The position numbers and the translations under genes were made by a program. From an uncultured delta proteobacterium (GTDB lineage Bacteria; Desulfobacterota; Desulfomonilia; Desulfomonilales; Desulfomonilaceae), in contig CAWBKB010000001.1 of assembly GCA_963789265.1 (NCBI GenBank), forward strand, positions 736,001 to 800,000: a stretch of 64,000 nt of DNA, read 5' to 3'. Shown here piece by piece: positions 29,601 through 39,187 of the stretch (position 1 is the stretch's first letter; every line of letters starts with the position of its first letter). Under the pieces are notes generated by a model. The model was not told the origin of the DNA and made no database searches. It saw only the letters and a program-made list of their open reading frames with translations.

Positions 29601-29845
29601 GAAGTCACGAGTTCCAGCCCGGGAATCTGCATGAACTGCCGCTCCAGGGGAGTAGCGATATTGTTGGCCATTGTGTCGGGACTCGCTCCCGGGTAGTCCA
29701 CGTCGACCTGGATGACCGGATAATCCACCACCGGCAACACGTCTACCGGTAATCGCACATAGCTCAACACACCGAACAGGATCACTGAAACCGTCAAGAC
29801 CACGGTCATCACCGGGCGGCGGATGAAAGGTTCCGAAATGGTCAT
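26657..29845 (-). CDS. RND efflux permease (AcrB/MdtB-MdtC-like)
   Basis: FIRRPV, GFLVDDAIV.LEN, GIVKKNGIMIVD, RFRPIMMT. Confidence 0.95.
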   Translation of the reverse strand: MTISEPFIRRPVMTVVLTVSVILFGVLSYVRLPVDVLPVVDYPVIQVDVDYPGASPDTMANNIATPLERQFMQIPGLELVTSKSTQGHTTLTLQFVLEKSIDAAATDVQSAITQASGSLPVDLPSPPTYSKTNPNDQPILYIALTSDSVTRGKIYDYANTQVGERISILPGVSRVNVYGTKSAIRIKADPSRMWARGITMDDLAAAIKNGTSYLGAGQFDSASGTALLNPQGQLENAKAYGNLIVATKNGAPVYLRDVAKVVDSVQDERINMRFWLRGYSVPSATVVVAVFRQAGSNAVAVAKSVRDLLPGISAELPPSVRLTTIYDRSQTIVNSVDDVQLTLVIAFTLVVIVIFLFLGRATDTLIPVVALPLSLLLTFVAMWVLGYSLDNLSLMALTLAIGFLVDDAIVFLENTVRRMEHGEKALQAAINSALEISFTILSMTISLAAVFIPLVFMSGLMGRIFREFAITIVVAIFASGIVSLTLTPLMCARLLGDRGPGSKQTWMERVIGGAERRVLAAYGASLWWFLRRRWISALLWIVCLVGTVGLFMLIPKTFLPVGDSSFIWGVMIAREGSSPEQMRGLQDKADELIRQDPGVKATFTMTGNSSFLSSNQGLLLCFLKPPGERAPIQNVSGRLMGRLAAIPGLFPFLRPFPVLEISTGATNRNQGQYAFSISGVNPKQVYAVSEKLMGKLRGYPGFATVSSDYFHNTPNLNIEIRRDQAKIYGVSETRILTLLKNAYAQNYLYLIKKPEDQYQVILEAADAERSKPQDLSLLYIKSDDGRNLVPLDALVTWKTTLGPQSVNHLNQFPSVTFYFNLKPGVAMGDATDFIKRAAEEVVPSTMRANLQGEALTFQEAVSDLTILMALAVFVMYVILAILYESYVHPLTVLSTLPTAMVGGLLTLLLFREQASLYAFVGLFMLMGIVKKNGIMIVDFARQRVEAGESAEQAIHDASMDRFRPIMMTTMAAVIGALPIAVGFGADAASRRPLGLVVVGGLVVSQFITLYITPVIYLYLEEFQEKVLNRTSFFHSGHLPAPSSGGVVVVAPRRARERKSDTA

Positions 29846-30987
29846 GACTTCTTCTCCCCGTTAGCCTCGGAGGGCTTTCCCTTGGAGTGGGGCTTCACCA
29901 CAGCAACCTTGCCTCCAGGCATCACTGCCAGTTGACCTGTGGTGATCACTCGTTCGCCCGGTTTGACCCCTTGGGCGATTACGACTAATTCATCATGCCG
30001 CTGACCCAGCTTCACCGGCCGCAGCTCCGCGGTCGAATCCTCTTTGACTACGTACACGAAAGGCCCCTTTGCAGACATCTGAGGCGCTGATGCCGGGACG
30101 ACAACAGCGTTTGGCAACATGCGCAAGATGAGGCGTACCTTGATGAACCGGCCCGGCCAGAAGTGATGATCTTTATTGGGAATTGTAACGCGAAGCTTGA
30201 CCGTTGCGGTACTCTCCTGAACGGAATTATCCAGGAAGGTGAGTTTTCCTACTCGTGGTTTGTCGGAATTGCCCGGCAGTCGCACTTGGGCCCTGAGTGT
30301 ACCGCGCTCCATATTCCGCTGTACGGCTGTAAGGTCGTTCTCGGGGATGGTAAAATCAGCATAAATTGGATCCAGTCGCTCGATGACGAGGAGTGAGCCG
30401 GTGTTTGCCGCCACCACGTTGCCTACGTCTACAAGCCGCTGCCCCACGCGGCCATTTATGGGCGAGTGGATGAAGCAGTATTCAAGATTCAGGCGAGCGG
30501 TTTCGACCTGAGCTTGGCTCTCTTCGACTTGGGCTTTATCTATTTCCAGAGTATTCTTCTTCTGGTCGTAGTCCGACTGGGAGACGGATTTTGTCTTAAG
30601 AAGTCCGGCATAGCGGCCAAAATCTATCTTGGCAAGTTCCGATGCTGCCTTCTTCTCAGCCAGAGTGGCCTCGGCCAGGTGGAGTTGCGCCTGGTACGGC
30701 CGTGGGTCGATGGTGAAGAGCAGGTCCCCGGCCTTCAAGTCAGCTCCGTCGGTGAAATGAATCTTGGTGATGCGGCCCGACACCTGCGGTTGGACGGAGA
30801 CCACTTCTCTCGCGACGGTCTTGCCTACGCCGTCAAGATAAACAGGCACGTCCTGCGCAACGGCGGCAGCAACCGATACCGGTGCCGGCGGACGCTGGAA
30901 CGCGGACTGGGCATTCTTTTCACATCCTGCGAAGACGAGGGCCAAGAGACAGGCCACCCCAAGCGCTATTACAGATCGTGTCTGCAT
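29842..30987 (-). CDS. RND membrane fusion protein (MdtA-like lipoprotein)
   Basis: Lipobox FAGC; GDLLFTIDPRPY, I.SPI.GRVG. Confidence 0.93.
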   Translation of the reverse strand: MQTRSVIALGVACLLALVFAGCEKNAQSAFQRPPAPVSVAAAVAQDVPVYLDGVGKTVAREVVSVQPQVSGRITKIHFTDGADLKAGDLLFTIDPRPYQAQLHLAEATLAEKKAASELAKIDFGRYAGLLKTKSVSQSDYDQKKNTLEIDKAQVEESQAQVETARLNLEYCFIHSPINGRVGQRLVDVGNVVAANTGSLLVIERLDPIYADFTIPENDLTAVQRNMERGTLRAQVRLPGNSDKPRVGKLTFLDNSVQESTATVKLRVTIPNKDHHFWPGRFIKVRLILRMLPNAVVVPASAPQMSAKGPFVYVVKEDSTAELRPVKLGQRHDELVVIAQGVKPGERVITTGQLAVMPGGKVAVVKPHSKGKPSEANGEKKS

Positions 30988-31110
30988 GTGATCAATCTCC
31001 GTTATTCGTGTAAAAATCCCTCACTCTGACGTGGGTTCATCTTTAGTAATAACACTCCGGCCATTAGGATCAACATTTAGTCACCCACTTCCGGAACTAT
31101 CCGGCCCGGG

Positions 31111-31803
31111 CTACGACCGGCCTAGCCTCGTGGGCTTCCCGGACCTCTGCCTCGCCGTTTCAGGAGCTCGAATGCCGGACCACAAAACGTTGGCCATTTC
31201 CTTCAAACAATCAGGCAAGGGCTTTGAAGGGTTTAGCGCCCACAGGACAGTGGTGCCGATGAGCGCTTGTTGAAATTGAAGCGCCAAATCAATGGGTTTC
31301 ATATCGTCACGTATCTCACCTTGTTGCTGTCTCACTGCCATTAATTCTGCGAGCACCAGTCGATCAGCTTCAAGATCGTCCGCCATCTGTTCACGCATAG
31401 ACTCGCTGGAAAACAATGGCACAAGAATGCTCCGCACTAAGGCAGGAGAGTCGGCAAATTCCTTATTCAGCGTCAAAACGAGCTTTGAAATCACTCGATC
31501 CATTGGCTCAGCAGAATGAAGGGCTCGTGAAAGCATTCCTCGGAATTTCCCTCTCTTTAATTGGCGAACATGGATAAGGATATGTTCCTTGCTGGGGAAA
31601 TAGTTGAAGAAAGTGCCTTTGCCCACATCAGCAGCGTTGGTGATATCTTCGACAGTAGTTTCTGCAAACCCACGTTCGGAAAAGAGATGCAAGGCGTGCT
31701 CAATGAGGCGCTCGCGTGTTTCAACGCATCGCCGCTCGCGCCTGCTGAGTCGTTTTTCACATGATTGAGGACCGGATATTTCCGGCGTTACAGAATCGCT
31801 CAT
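31111..31803 (-). CDS. TetR/AcrR family regulator
   Basis: F.ERGF..TTVEDI...ADVGKGTFFNYFPSKE. Confidence 0.92.
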   Translation of the reverse strand: MSDSVTPEISGPQSCEKRLSRRERRCVETRERLIEHALHLFSERGFAETTVEDITNAADVGKGTFFNYFPSKEHILIHVRQLKRGKFRGMLSRALHSAEPMDRVISKLVLTLNKEFADSPALVRSILVPLFSSESMREQMADDLEADRLVLAELMAVRQQQGEIRDDMKPIDLALQFQQALIGTTVLWALNPSKPLPDCLKEMANVLWSGIRAPETARQRSGKPTRLGRS

Positions 31804-31813
31804 TTCCGTCACC

Positions 31814-31865
31814 AGTCAGACCTTCAGTCTGTTCTGACTATAAGTCAGGTATGAGGAATAGTCAA
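31814..31865 (-). promoter_or_regulatory. tetR promoter with palindromic operators
   Basis: TTGACT-N17-TATAGT overlapped by CTGACTATAAGTCAG and AGTCAGA-N12-TCTGACT. Confidence 0.7.
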
Positions 31866-31880
31866 ATCGCGGCGGGATAC

Positions 31881-32127
31881 TAATACCGATTCGCTTTCAA
31901 ACAAGTGACATCGTGTTTCCGGTAGGGGCGGCTTTCAAACCCGCTCTTACATGTCGTCATGCCCGTGTACGCGGGCATCTGTAGGGGCGAATGGCATTCG
32001 CCCTGGGCGACCGCCGGTCGCCCCTACAGTCCCCGGATCGAAGTCAGGGGTGATCCCACACGGAACGCGGGATGCCCCACCATATCCTCGCGAGGATTGT
32101 CACTTGTTTGATGGCGCACCGGTATAA
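31881..32127. mobile_element. MITE family A, copy 4 (with GTAGGGGC REP doublet inserted)
   Basis: Shared ends; extra tgtaggggcg...cgcccctaca in the central loop. Confidence 0.8.
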
Positions 32128-32279
32128 GAATACGTCACACCAGGTTTTATGATCCGACCTTAAGTTATCTATGAATGTCAGTCCGGGAGCGCGGAAATTT
32201 ATTGCTGAGAGTCATGGACGGCTTGGGGATGCCGATTCCTCCGATAGGAATTCCGGGAAGCGGCTGGATTCCGAGCCTG

Positions 32280-34295
32280 CTATTTTATGGGCGTACCGGC
32301 AGGAATGCTCGGATCCACCTTACAGATTGCGACCTTTCCATCTTTGTCCGCGGCCGCGAGGATCATACCGTGGCTTGTGCCGAATCTCATCTTTCTCGGT
32401 TTGAGATTGGCAACGACCAGCACGGTTTCCCCTACCAATTCCGAAGGTTCATAAGATGCTTTAATGCCGGCCAAAACGATGCGGCTTTCACGGCCCAGAT
32501 CCACTTCCAGCTTAAGGAGCCGGTCTGAGTTCTCGACCGTGTCTGCTGACTTGACCTTTGCTGCTCGGATGTCTATCTCGGAAAAATCCTCGATGGTAAT
32601 CTCATCTTTAAAGGGCGGCGCCTCAGGTGCCTCCTCTGCTTCTTCGTCGGTACCGCTTTGAAGGGCCGATTCCACCAGCTTTTCCATTGCCCGTGGTTCG
32701 AGGCGTTCGAGGAGTTTATCAAAAGTCCCTATTTCGCGATTCTCCAAATTAAACGTTGCATCCTCCCAGGTGAGATCTCCCAGTTGCAGGATTTCTTCGA
32801 CTCTACGGCAGTACGAGGGAAGGATGGGCTTCAGCAGGACTGTAATTATTCCTATGCAGTTCACCGCGAAGGTGAGATCGTTCCTTGCCCGATCTTGGTC
32901 GGTCTTGATCGCGGTCCACGGAGCATTTTGCTGAATGTAATTGTTGGCAAGGTCTGAGATAGATAGGATGCTGCGTGTGACATGGTTGAAACGAAGTTTC
33001 GCATAATCGGTCCTGGCCCTATCGACGTAACCTTCGATCTCCTGCACGAGTGTATGCGCTGAATCGGGCAAGCTCCCGAGTCGCGAGTCCAGCCTCTTGT
33101 TGAGAAAACCGACCGTACGGCTGATGAGATTGGTGATATTGTTCACAAGTTCCGCATTGGTTCGGTTCACAAACTCTTCTATGTTCAAGTCGAGATCGTC
33201 GATGGAGTCACTCATCTTGGTCGAATAATAGTAGCGGAGATACCATGGGTTCAGAGAATCCGCGAACTTTCGAGCTGTTATGAAGGTTCCCCGGCTCTTG
33301 GACATTTTGCGCCCGTCGATGGTGAGAAAACCGTGGACATGGACGGCGGTCGGGGTTCGATACTCGGCGGCCTTCAGTATTGCCGGCCAAAACAAGGTAT
33401 GGAAATACGCTATGTCCTTGCCGATAAAGTGATGAATCTCCGTGTCGGCCGAAGGGTCCATCCAGTAGTCTTGGACTTCTCTGTTCCCTACACGGGCGCA
33501 ATAGTGCTCGGTAGCAGCGATGTACCCTATGGGAGCATCCAACCACACATAGAAATATTTGTTCTCTTCTCCCGGGATCTTGAACCCGAAATAAGGCCCA
33601 TCCCTGGAAATGTCCCAGTCCTGAAGGCCCTCTTCGATCCAGGTATTAACAAAAGCTCGGACTTCAGCTTGCAAATGTCCGGGTTCCACGATCCAATGGC
33701 TCAGGAAATCGCTGAAGTCTTTGAGTTGGAAGAAGAAGTGCTTGGAGGTTCGGAGTGAGGGTGTGGCTCCGCATATCGCGCATCTCGCGTCGAGTAATTC
33801 CGTCGGCCGATATATAGCACCGCATACCTCGCACACGTCCCCATATTGATCGGCGGCTCCGCACTTGGGACACGTCCCCTTAATGTATCTATCGGGGAGG
33901 AAACGCCCGCAGGTATCGCAATAGAATTGCTCGATTTCACGCGTGCTGATATGGCCCTTATCCAGGGCTTTCAGATAGATAGTCTCACAATGGCGCCGAT
34001 TTTCGGGTGAATCAGTGGTGTAGAATTCGTCAAATCCCACTTCAAATTCGTCAAAATCCCTTTTGTGCCTTTCGTGGAACTCATGAACGAGCTGTTGGGG
34101 GCTGATCCCTCTTTTGGTCGCGTTGATCTCGATGGGAGTGCCGTGCGCATCCGACGCGCACACGTAGATCACGTCCTCTCCTATGAGGCGAAGAAATCTC
34201 ACATAGATGTCAGTCTGAATGTATTCCACGAGGTGCCCCAGGTGTACGTCGCCGTTGGCGTAGGGAAGGGCGCTCGTGACGAGGAACTTTGGCAA
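32280..34295 (-). CDS. metG: Methionine--tRNA ligase with C-terminal tRNA-binding domain
   Basis: ALPYANG..HLGH, Zn knuckles, YVWLDAPIGY, KMSKS; TTG start. Confidence 0.97.
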   Translation of the reverse strand: MPKFLVTSALPYANGDVHLGHLVEYIQTDIYVRFLRLIGEDVIYVCASDAHGTPIEINATKRGISPQQLVHEFHERHKRDFDEFEVGFDEFYTTDSPENRRHCETIYLKALDKGHISTREIEQFYCDTCGRFLPDRYIKGTCPKCGAADQYGDVCEVCGAIYRPTELLDARCAICGATPSLRTSKHFFFQLKDFSDFLSHWIVEPGHLQAEVRAFVNTWIEEGLQDWDISRDGPYFGFKIPGEENKYFYVWLDAPIGYIAATEHYCARVGNREVQDYWMDPSADTEIHHFIGKDIAYFHTLFWPAILKAAEYRTPTAVHVHGFLTIDGRKMSKSRGTFITARKFADSLNPWYLRYYYSTKMSDSIDDLDLNIEEFVNRTNAELVNNITNLISRTVGFLNKRLDSRLGSLPDSAHTLVQEIEGYVDRARTDYAKLRFNHVTRSILSISDLANNYIQQNAPWTAIKTDQDRARNDLTFAVNCIGIITVLLKPILPSYCRRVEEILQLGDLTWEDATFNLENREIGTFDKLLERLEPRAMEKLVESALQSGTDEEAEEAPEAPPFKDEITIEDFSEIDIRAAKVKSADTVENSDRLLKLEVDLGRESRIVLAGIKASYEPSELVGETVLVVANLKPRKMRFGTSHGMILAAADKDGKVAICKVDPSIPAGTPIK

Positions 34296-34337
34296 AATTC
34301 ACTCCTGTTTTGCTTGGTTTTGAGCTGCGAGGGGCAT

Positions 34338-34748
34338 TTACTCGGGTACTATTTCGAGGGCTTCAAGGTTTGGGTCTTTTTCCTTGTCAATCTTAAAAAC
34401 CTTGGCTTTCATCACAATGGTTTCCATCTCCTTCAGGGTGTCCAAGACCTTTGCTTTGTCCTTTTTCATCCGAACCTTATTAAGGGTAATGTAGCTGACA
34501 CGATCAGCCACTATGAAGTTAACGTAATCATCTCCCAACGGACACGGAAGGTCCCCTTTCTTGTAGTATCGCACCGAGATTACGATCACCTTGTCGAGAA
34601 ATTTCGTCGGATTCTCTGTCAAGGTTACGATAGTCAAGTTTTCGTTCAGATTTCTATAGATTCCTCCCTTGAGATAGTTGCCAGCGCTGCAAGCCGTGAT
34701 GGCGAAACATGCAAAGAGAATCGCAAGAAGTCTGTTATGAGAGGCCAT
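34338..34748 (-). CDS. Hypothetical lipoprotein
   Basis: Lipobox ITAC. Confidence 0.7.
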   Translation of the reverse strand: MASHNRLLAILFACFAITACSAGNYLKGGIYRNLNENLTIVTLTENPTKFLDKVIVISVRYYKKGDLPCPLGDDYVNFIVADRVSYITLNKVRMKKDKAKVLDTLKEMETIVMKAKVFKIDKEKDPNLEALEIVPE

Positions 34749-35013
34749 ACCCTATCTTTCGTGACACTACTTACACGGTCGTACAGCATAGAGTAGAGGG
34801 GTAGGAAAGTCAAAAAGATTTGATTTAACCGAAGAAACGGAAGTCCAGTGCAGGGTGTGGACCGCTCGCGGCAGAGCGTCGTGCAGTATTGTTCTTTCGC
34901 CAATTCCGAATCCTTTCCGAGCTGATGCGGAGCGCATTCCTCTCACATCAAGGGAATGTCAAAAGGTCCGCAAACTAAAAAAATCGTCTACAAGACCCTC
35001 TATCAGAATTGCC

Positions 35014-35216
35014 TGATACTGATTCGCTTCCATGTACGTGACACCATATTTCCGGCATGGGCGGGTGTCAAACCAGCTCTTACATGTCGTCATGTCCACG
35101 TACACGGGCATCAATTGTAGGGGCAGACCTATGTGTCTGCCCTGGGCGGACACGCGGGTCCGCCCCTACCAAATATTCTCTAAGGTTGTCACTCGTTTGA
35201 CGGCGCATTGATACGA
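35014..35216. mobile_element. MITE family A, copy 5 (degenerate)
   Basis: Eroded ends; interior REP doublet also present at about 21563-21615. Confidence 0.65.
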
Positions 35217-35322
35217 GACGGGATTGTACCGAACCGCGCGCTGTCTCGCCAATCCTAGAATCCTAAACCCACCCATCGGGTCAGGTGCTACGATCCATTC
35301 TTCGTTTGAAATCGGGTGCCGA

Positions 35323-35530
35323 TTACGCAGGACCGCGCATTGACCGGTCAGGTGCGGCCGTGTGCTTCGTCCGGTCCGACCGTGTTATGCTGTAGACGCA
35401 GGTCCAATCGCCTCTCTTCACGCACTGAGTCTGCTTGACTCTTCCGTCTCCTACGCCGCAAATATACAAAATGCCTTCAAAAACTCCCTCAATCAGGGCA
35501 CAATAGTAACTCGGGGATGAAGTTTGGTTT
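35323..35530 (-). pseudogene. V4R-like domain remnant
   Basis: C.LIEG.FEG......V.QTQC..RGD..C.Y.I pattern without a plausible N-terminus. Confidence 0.45.
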
Positions 35531-36157
35531 CTCCCCCTTTCCTTGAAAGAAGAAACTACCTTTAGTTTCTCCGCATACCTACTCGAATGTGCCAGGATCA
35601 AATATATTTTTCTTTGTTGCAACAACGAGTTTGACAAGTCCGCTTTTCGGTGCTAAAAGTATCAATAGCGATGAAGTGAGACTATATTCAGAAAAACTTC
35701 ATCCTGGGATCTTCCCCCGAAGATAGTACCGGCCTTAAGAAATTGACTTAAACCATCTAAACTGACCCTTGAGTTGTATGGCCCTTCGTCGAAGGGATTT
35801 CTTGGCCTGAAAGTTTTTTTATCATAGGGCCTCTTTGGGGATCGAACTTTTACTTTGCTGGAATGTCATCATCAACAAGGGCGGGCTTTCTAGAGTTCAA
35901 TCCGTGGCGCATATAGTTAGGAATCAGGTCTTAGGGGCGCGTCGCGGCTCAAATGCTCCCCGCGGTGAGGAGTTGGTGATCACTCTTTGCATCCGGCTAT
36001 AGAACGCACTTGAAATTGTGACGTGAGGTCCGCGAGGGACTTCACCCTCGCCCTCCCAGGGCTGTGCCGGCGGTATATTAAAGCAACCCGTGAAACGCCA
36101 AGTCATTGAGATTTCGCATCAAGTTATCTCGCAAGCGCACATGTTGCCTAAAAACAG

Positions 36158-36186
36158 TTGACAACATCGGTGCGACCCAATATAGA
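36158..36186 (+). promoter_or_regulatory. Sigma70-type promoter candidate
   Basis: TTGACA-N17-TATAGA upstream of small ORF. Confidence 0.45.
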
Positions 36187-36300
36187 CCGGCCTTCACCTC
36201 GAACACCAGCGTGGAGGGAAGTTTTTTATCAGCCCCCTTCGTAAGAAACGGGTGGACCCGTAACACAGAGTGGCCTAGAAGAGGCCAAGGAGGAAGTATT

Positions 36301-36507
36301 TTGGAAAGATGTAAGACCTGTGGCAAAGAGTACACTGCTAATCAAACCATGACGTATTCAGTGTACGGCTACTGTTCGTGGGACTGCCTCATGAACAAAT
36401 CACACCGCTACAACAACCAGAACAGACCTAATCGCCGAAACAACGGGCAACGCAACGAGCAACGCAACGAACCGCGGCATCGTTCAAAGTGGGTTCAAAA
36501 CTACTGA
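36301..36507 (+). CDS. Small Zn-finger-like protein with N/Q/R-rich tail (68 aa)
   Basis: AGGAGG upstream of TTG; CKTC...YCSWDC. Confidence 0.6.
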   Translation: MERCKTCGKEYTANQTMTYSVYGYCSWDCLMNKSHRYNNQNRPNRRNNGQRNEQRNEPRHRSKWVQNY

Positions 36508-36936
36508 TGTGACCACAGATGGAATCACCTGATTTTGGGCCCTCTCATCGAACGTCCGGAACGTGGATCCGAAATGGTAATGACGGGGCGTAGGCAGCAT
36601 ACAAATTGGTCGGCATGATTTTTCTTTTGCCGCCCGTCGCTGAATCGACAGGCTTCCACACTCAGAGAAAAAGACAAAACTGGGCATCGGGTGGATCCCG
36701 GCGGCAATGCGCCCTGCCGGAACCGAAATCCTGACAGCCGAGTACTGAAGCAATGAACGTGCATTTGCCTTCAATTTGGACGTACGGGGGAGAATAGCGC
36801 CCATCGGCGTAGAAAATTCCGAATACACCGGTATTAGTATGTCGGCCGCGGTTGTGACACTTGAGAACTTTGGACAAAGGGGCCATTCCACTACTATACG
36901 GTTTTTCGTGTCTCCGGTTTCTCGCAGGAAAAGACC

Positions 36937-38424
36937 TTGAGCCAGCTTACAGTTGAGAACGTCGTGAAGGAGATAGACGCGGTTCATCGTGAACTTGCTC
37001 GCTTGTCGGTAGATCAACTCCGAGGTGTGCCTTCTGCCGTGAACATACTCGATATCATCGAGTCTCACCCAATTCCCCTGAGACCTAAGACCGTAACATT
37101 TCTTCGCAAAGCTATGAGAGCGGCGGAAAGCATAGAGGCAGCGCGGCGAATAGATCGAATCATCTTCGGATGTATGGATCTGGCGGTGGAAGAACAGACA
37201 GCCTCCCTTGAAGACATGCTTAAGTTCTATCTTGAGCGAGGATGGATGCATGTGGGGACTGAAAAGATCCCCGCCTTGGAGGTCGTCCTGTGGCTGCAGG
37301 TTCAGTCGGACTTTAGCAAGCGGGAGATAATGCAAAAAGAGAACACGATTTTCCTCAAGGGAATTGTGAATCCCATGCTGTTGGGGATTCTCGAACTCTC
37401 CATACGAACCGTGGCTCAGCAATTTGGCTTCGAGAACTACGCGCGGTTCTCGGAGGCCAAGAAGCAGGTTTCCTTTGACGAGCAGGCCCGGATCTTCTTG
37501 AATTACCTCGACAAGACTTCAGGAACTTACCGTAAAAATATGGCTCCCTGGGTAGAAGAGAAGATCGGCAAGCCCTTTGAGAATCTGAGCCGTTATCATG
37601 CCCTGTATCTCTTGCGTATCCAAAGATTTGACAGTTTTTTCCCGGTGTCCCGACTCAAGACGATCGTCGGCGATACCTTCAAGGGCTTAGGTTTTGATTT
37701 ATCGTCACGATCCGACGTTATCGCGCACACTTCCAACTCGCCGGCGAAGAACCCCAACGGCATGTGCATCGGCGTAGAGATACCCGGGGAAGTGCACGTG
37801 CTTATGAAGCCGGTGGGTGGACTCATAGACGTGGAGACGCTGCTGCATGAAACCGGCCACGCTTTCTTCTTGAGCCACTTCGATCCGTCACTTCCTATCG
37901 AAGATCGGCGTCTCTACCGTTCCACGGGACTCGACGAAGCGTTTGCCTTTCTTTTCATGGACCTAATAGACAATCCTGCTTGGTTGACCGGGACGGCGGA
38001 GATGCCCGCAAAGGAAGCGGATGCGCTGGTCAGACGTGTGCGGACCAAACGATTATGTCTGGTGCGTCGCTACATTGGCAAGTTTCTGGCAGAAAAAGAG
38101 TTCCACGAAACAGGAGACATCAAGAATACGGACTCCTATTGTCGGCACCTCAACGCAGCAACCGGTTTCGTATACGAGCCCGCGGGCTATCTTGTCGACA
38201 TGGAGCCTGACTTCTATGCGCTTGACTATTTGCATGGTTGGGCGGCCGCTCATGTGCTTCGAGGCTTTCTTGAGGCGCACTTCGGAGCGAAATGGTTCCA
38301 GAGGGCCGAGGCCGGAGCGTTCTTGCGGGAAATCGCAGCATCCGGGCGTCGGAATTCAGTGGACCATGTCATTCAGTCCTTCTGCGGTGAGCCTCCGCGA
38401 CTTCCCAATTTTTCCGATAATTGA
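36937..38424 (+). CDS. Gluzincin metallopeptidase-like protein (M3-like)
   Basis: LLHETGHA plus downstream EAFAF. Confidence 0.7.
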   Translation: MSQLTVENVVKEIDAVHRELARLSVDQLRGVPSAVNILDIIESHPIPLRPKTVTFLRKAMRAAESIEAARRIDRIIFGCMDLAVEEQTASLEDMLKFYLERGWMHVGTEKIPALEVVLWLQVQSDFSKREIMQKENTIFLKGIVNPMLLGILELSIRTVAQQFGFENYARFSEAKKQVSFDEQARIFLNYLDKTSGTYRKNMAPWVEEKIGKPFENLSRYHALYLLRIQRFDSFFPVSRLKTIVGDTFKGLGFDLSSRSDVIAHTSNSPAKNPNGMCIGVEIPGEVHVLMKPVGGLIDVETLLHETGHAFFLSHFDPSLPIEDRRLYRSTGLDEAFAFLFMDLIDNPAWLTGTAEMPAKEADALVRRVRTKRLCLVRRYIGKFLAEKEFHETGDIKNTDSYCRHLNAATGFVYEPAGYLVDMEPDFYALDYLHGWAAAHVLRGFLEAHFGAKWFQRAEAGAFLREIAASGRRNSVDHVIQSFCGEPPRLPNFSDN

Positions 38425-38810
38425 TTTCGGAATTATTCACTTGACACGACCAACCTTCTGATGTAAATCCTACCCCAGTCGAAGTGCCCTCGCAAGAATT
38501 AAATGAAGCGGGAAGGCCCGCGCGCAAGTATGCGAATTGGTTCTCATTTTTCATTGACATTGTACTGAATGTTTGATTTAAGGCTCATAACGAACGGAAC
38601 CGAGTGACCTTTTGCTTGGCGGCAATCACTCGGTTCAGAAAGGCGGTGCGATAACTTTTTTGAGGGGGGGGGCTAGAAAAAGGTACTCTTTCTTTTTCAA
38701 CCGAACCGGCGATTTGCGTTCATCGGTTCGTATCCCTTAAGTTTTGTCTAGTTGCTTGAGACGTAATTGTCAAGCAATTTCGGCTTGAGGCAATAGTAAA
38801 GGACAAGACA

Positions 38811-39128
38811 ATGATCTCTGAAACCTGGCTTGATTACGTACAGTCTATAGACCTTCTTGAAGGTGAATTTTGTGACCCCGTTGACAAAACACGTAGCATC
38901 ATTGCTCCCCAGCCAAAACACGTGTGGGAGCGGGCCTTTACCCCTGAATGGCTTGAAAAGTATTCAGTTCCGACCATTATAATAGATGACTATTCCGTCA
39001 ACGACCTTGATTCAATGAGCGAGATAACCTTAGCGCTCGAAATGCTGCTTCGACTGGTGTCTAATGACTATGATGAGGTTACTTTTGGAGAGCCACATCC
39101 GCTTCCGCCTGTAGCTGCAACGGAGTAG
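38811..39128 (+). CDS. Acidic hypothetical protein (IS passenger)
   Basis: AAAGGA RBS, 105-aa ORF followed by hairpin. Confidence 0.6.
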   Translation: MISETWLDYVQSIDLLEGEFCDPVDKTRSIIAPQPKHVWERAFTPEWLEKYSVPTIIIDDYSVNDLDSMSEITLALEMLLRLVSNDYDEVTFGEPHPLPPVAATE

Positions 39129-39141
39129 TTTGTATAGTGTT

Positions 39142-39187
39142 AGGGGCCGCATAGTTCCTGTGCAAGTTCACGCGGCCCCTTCTTTCT
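39142..39187. terminator. Hairpin between convergent passenger genes
   Basis: AGGGGCCGC...GCGGCCCCT followed by pyrimidine run. Confidence 0.5.

Noticed and set aside
36484..37422. 312-aa minus-strand ORF
   Set aside because: Shadow of the peptidase gene plus intergenic DNA; no recognisable motifs
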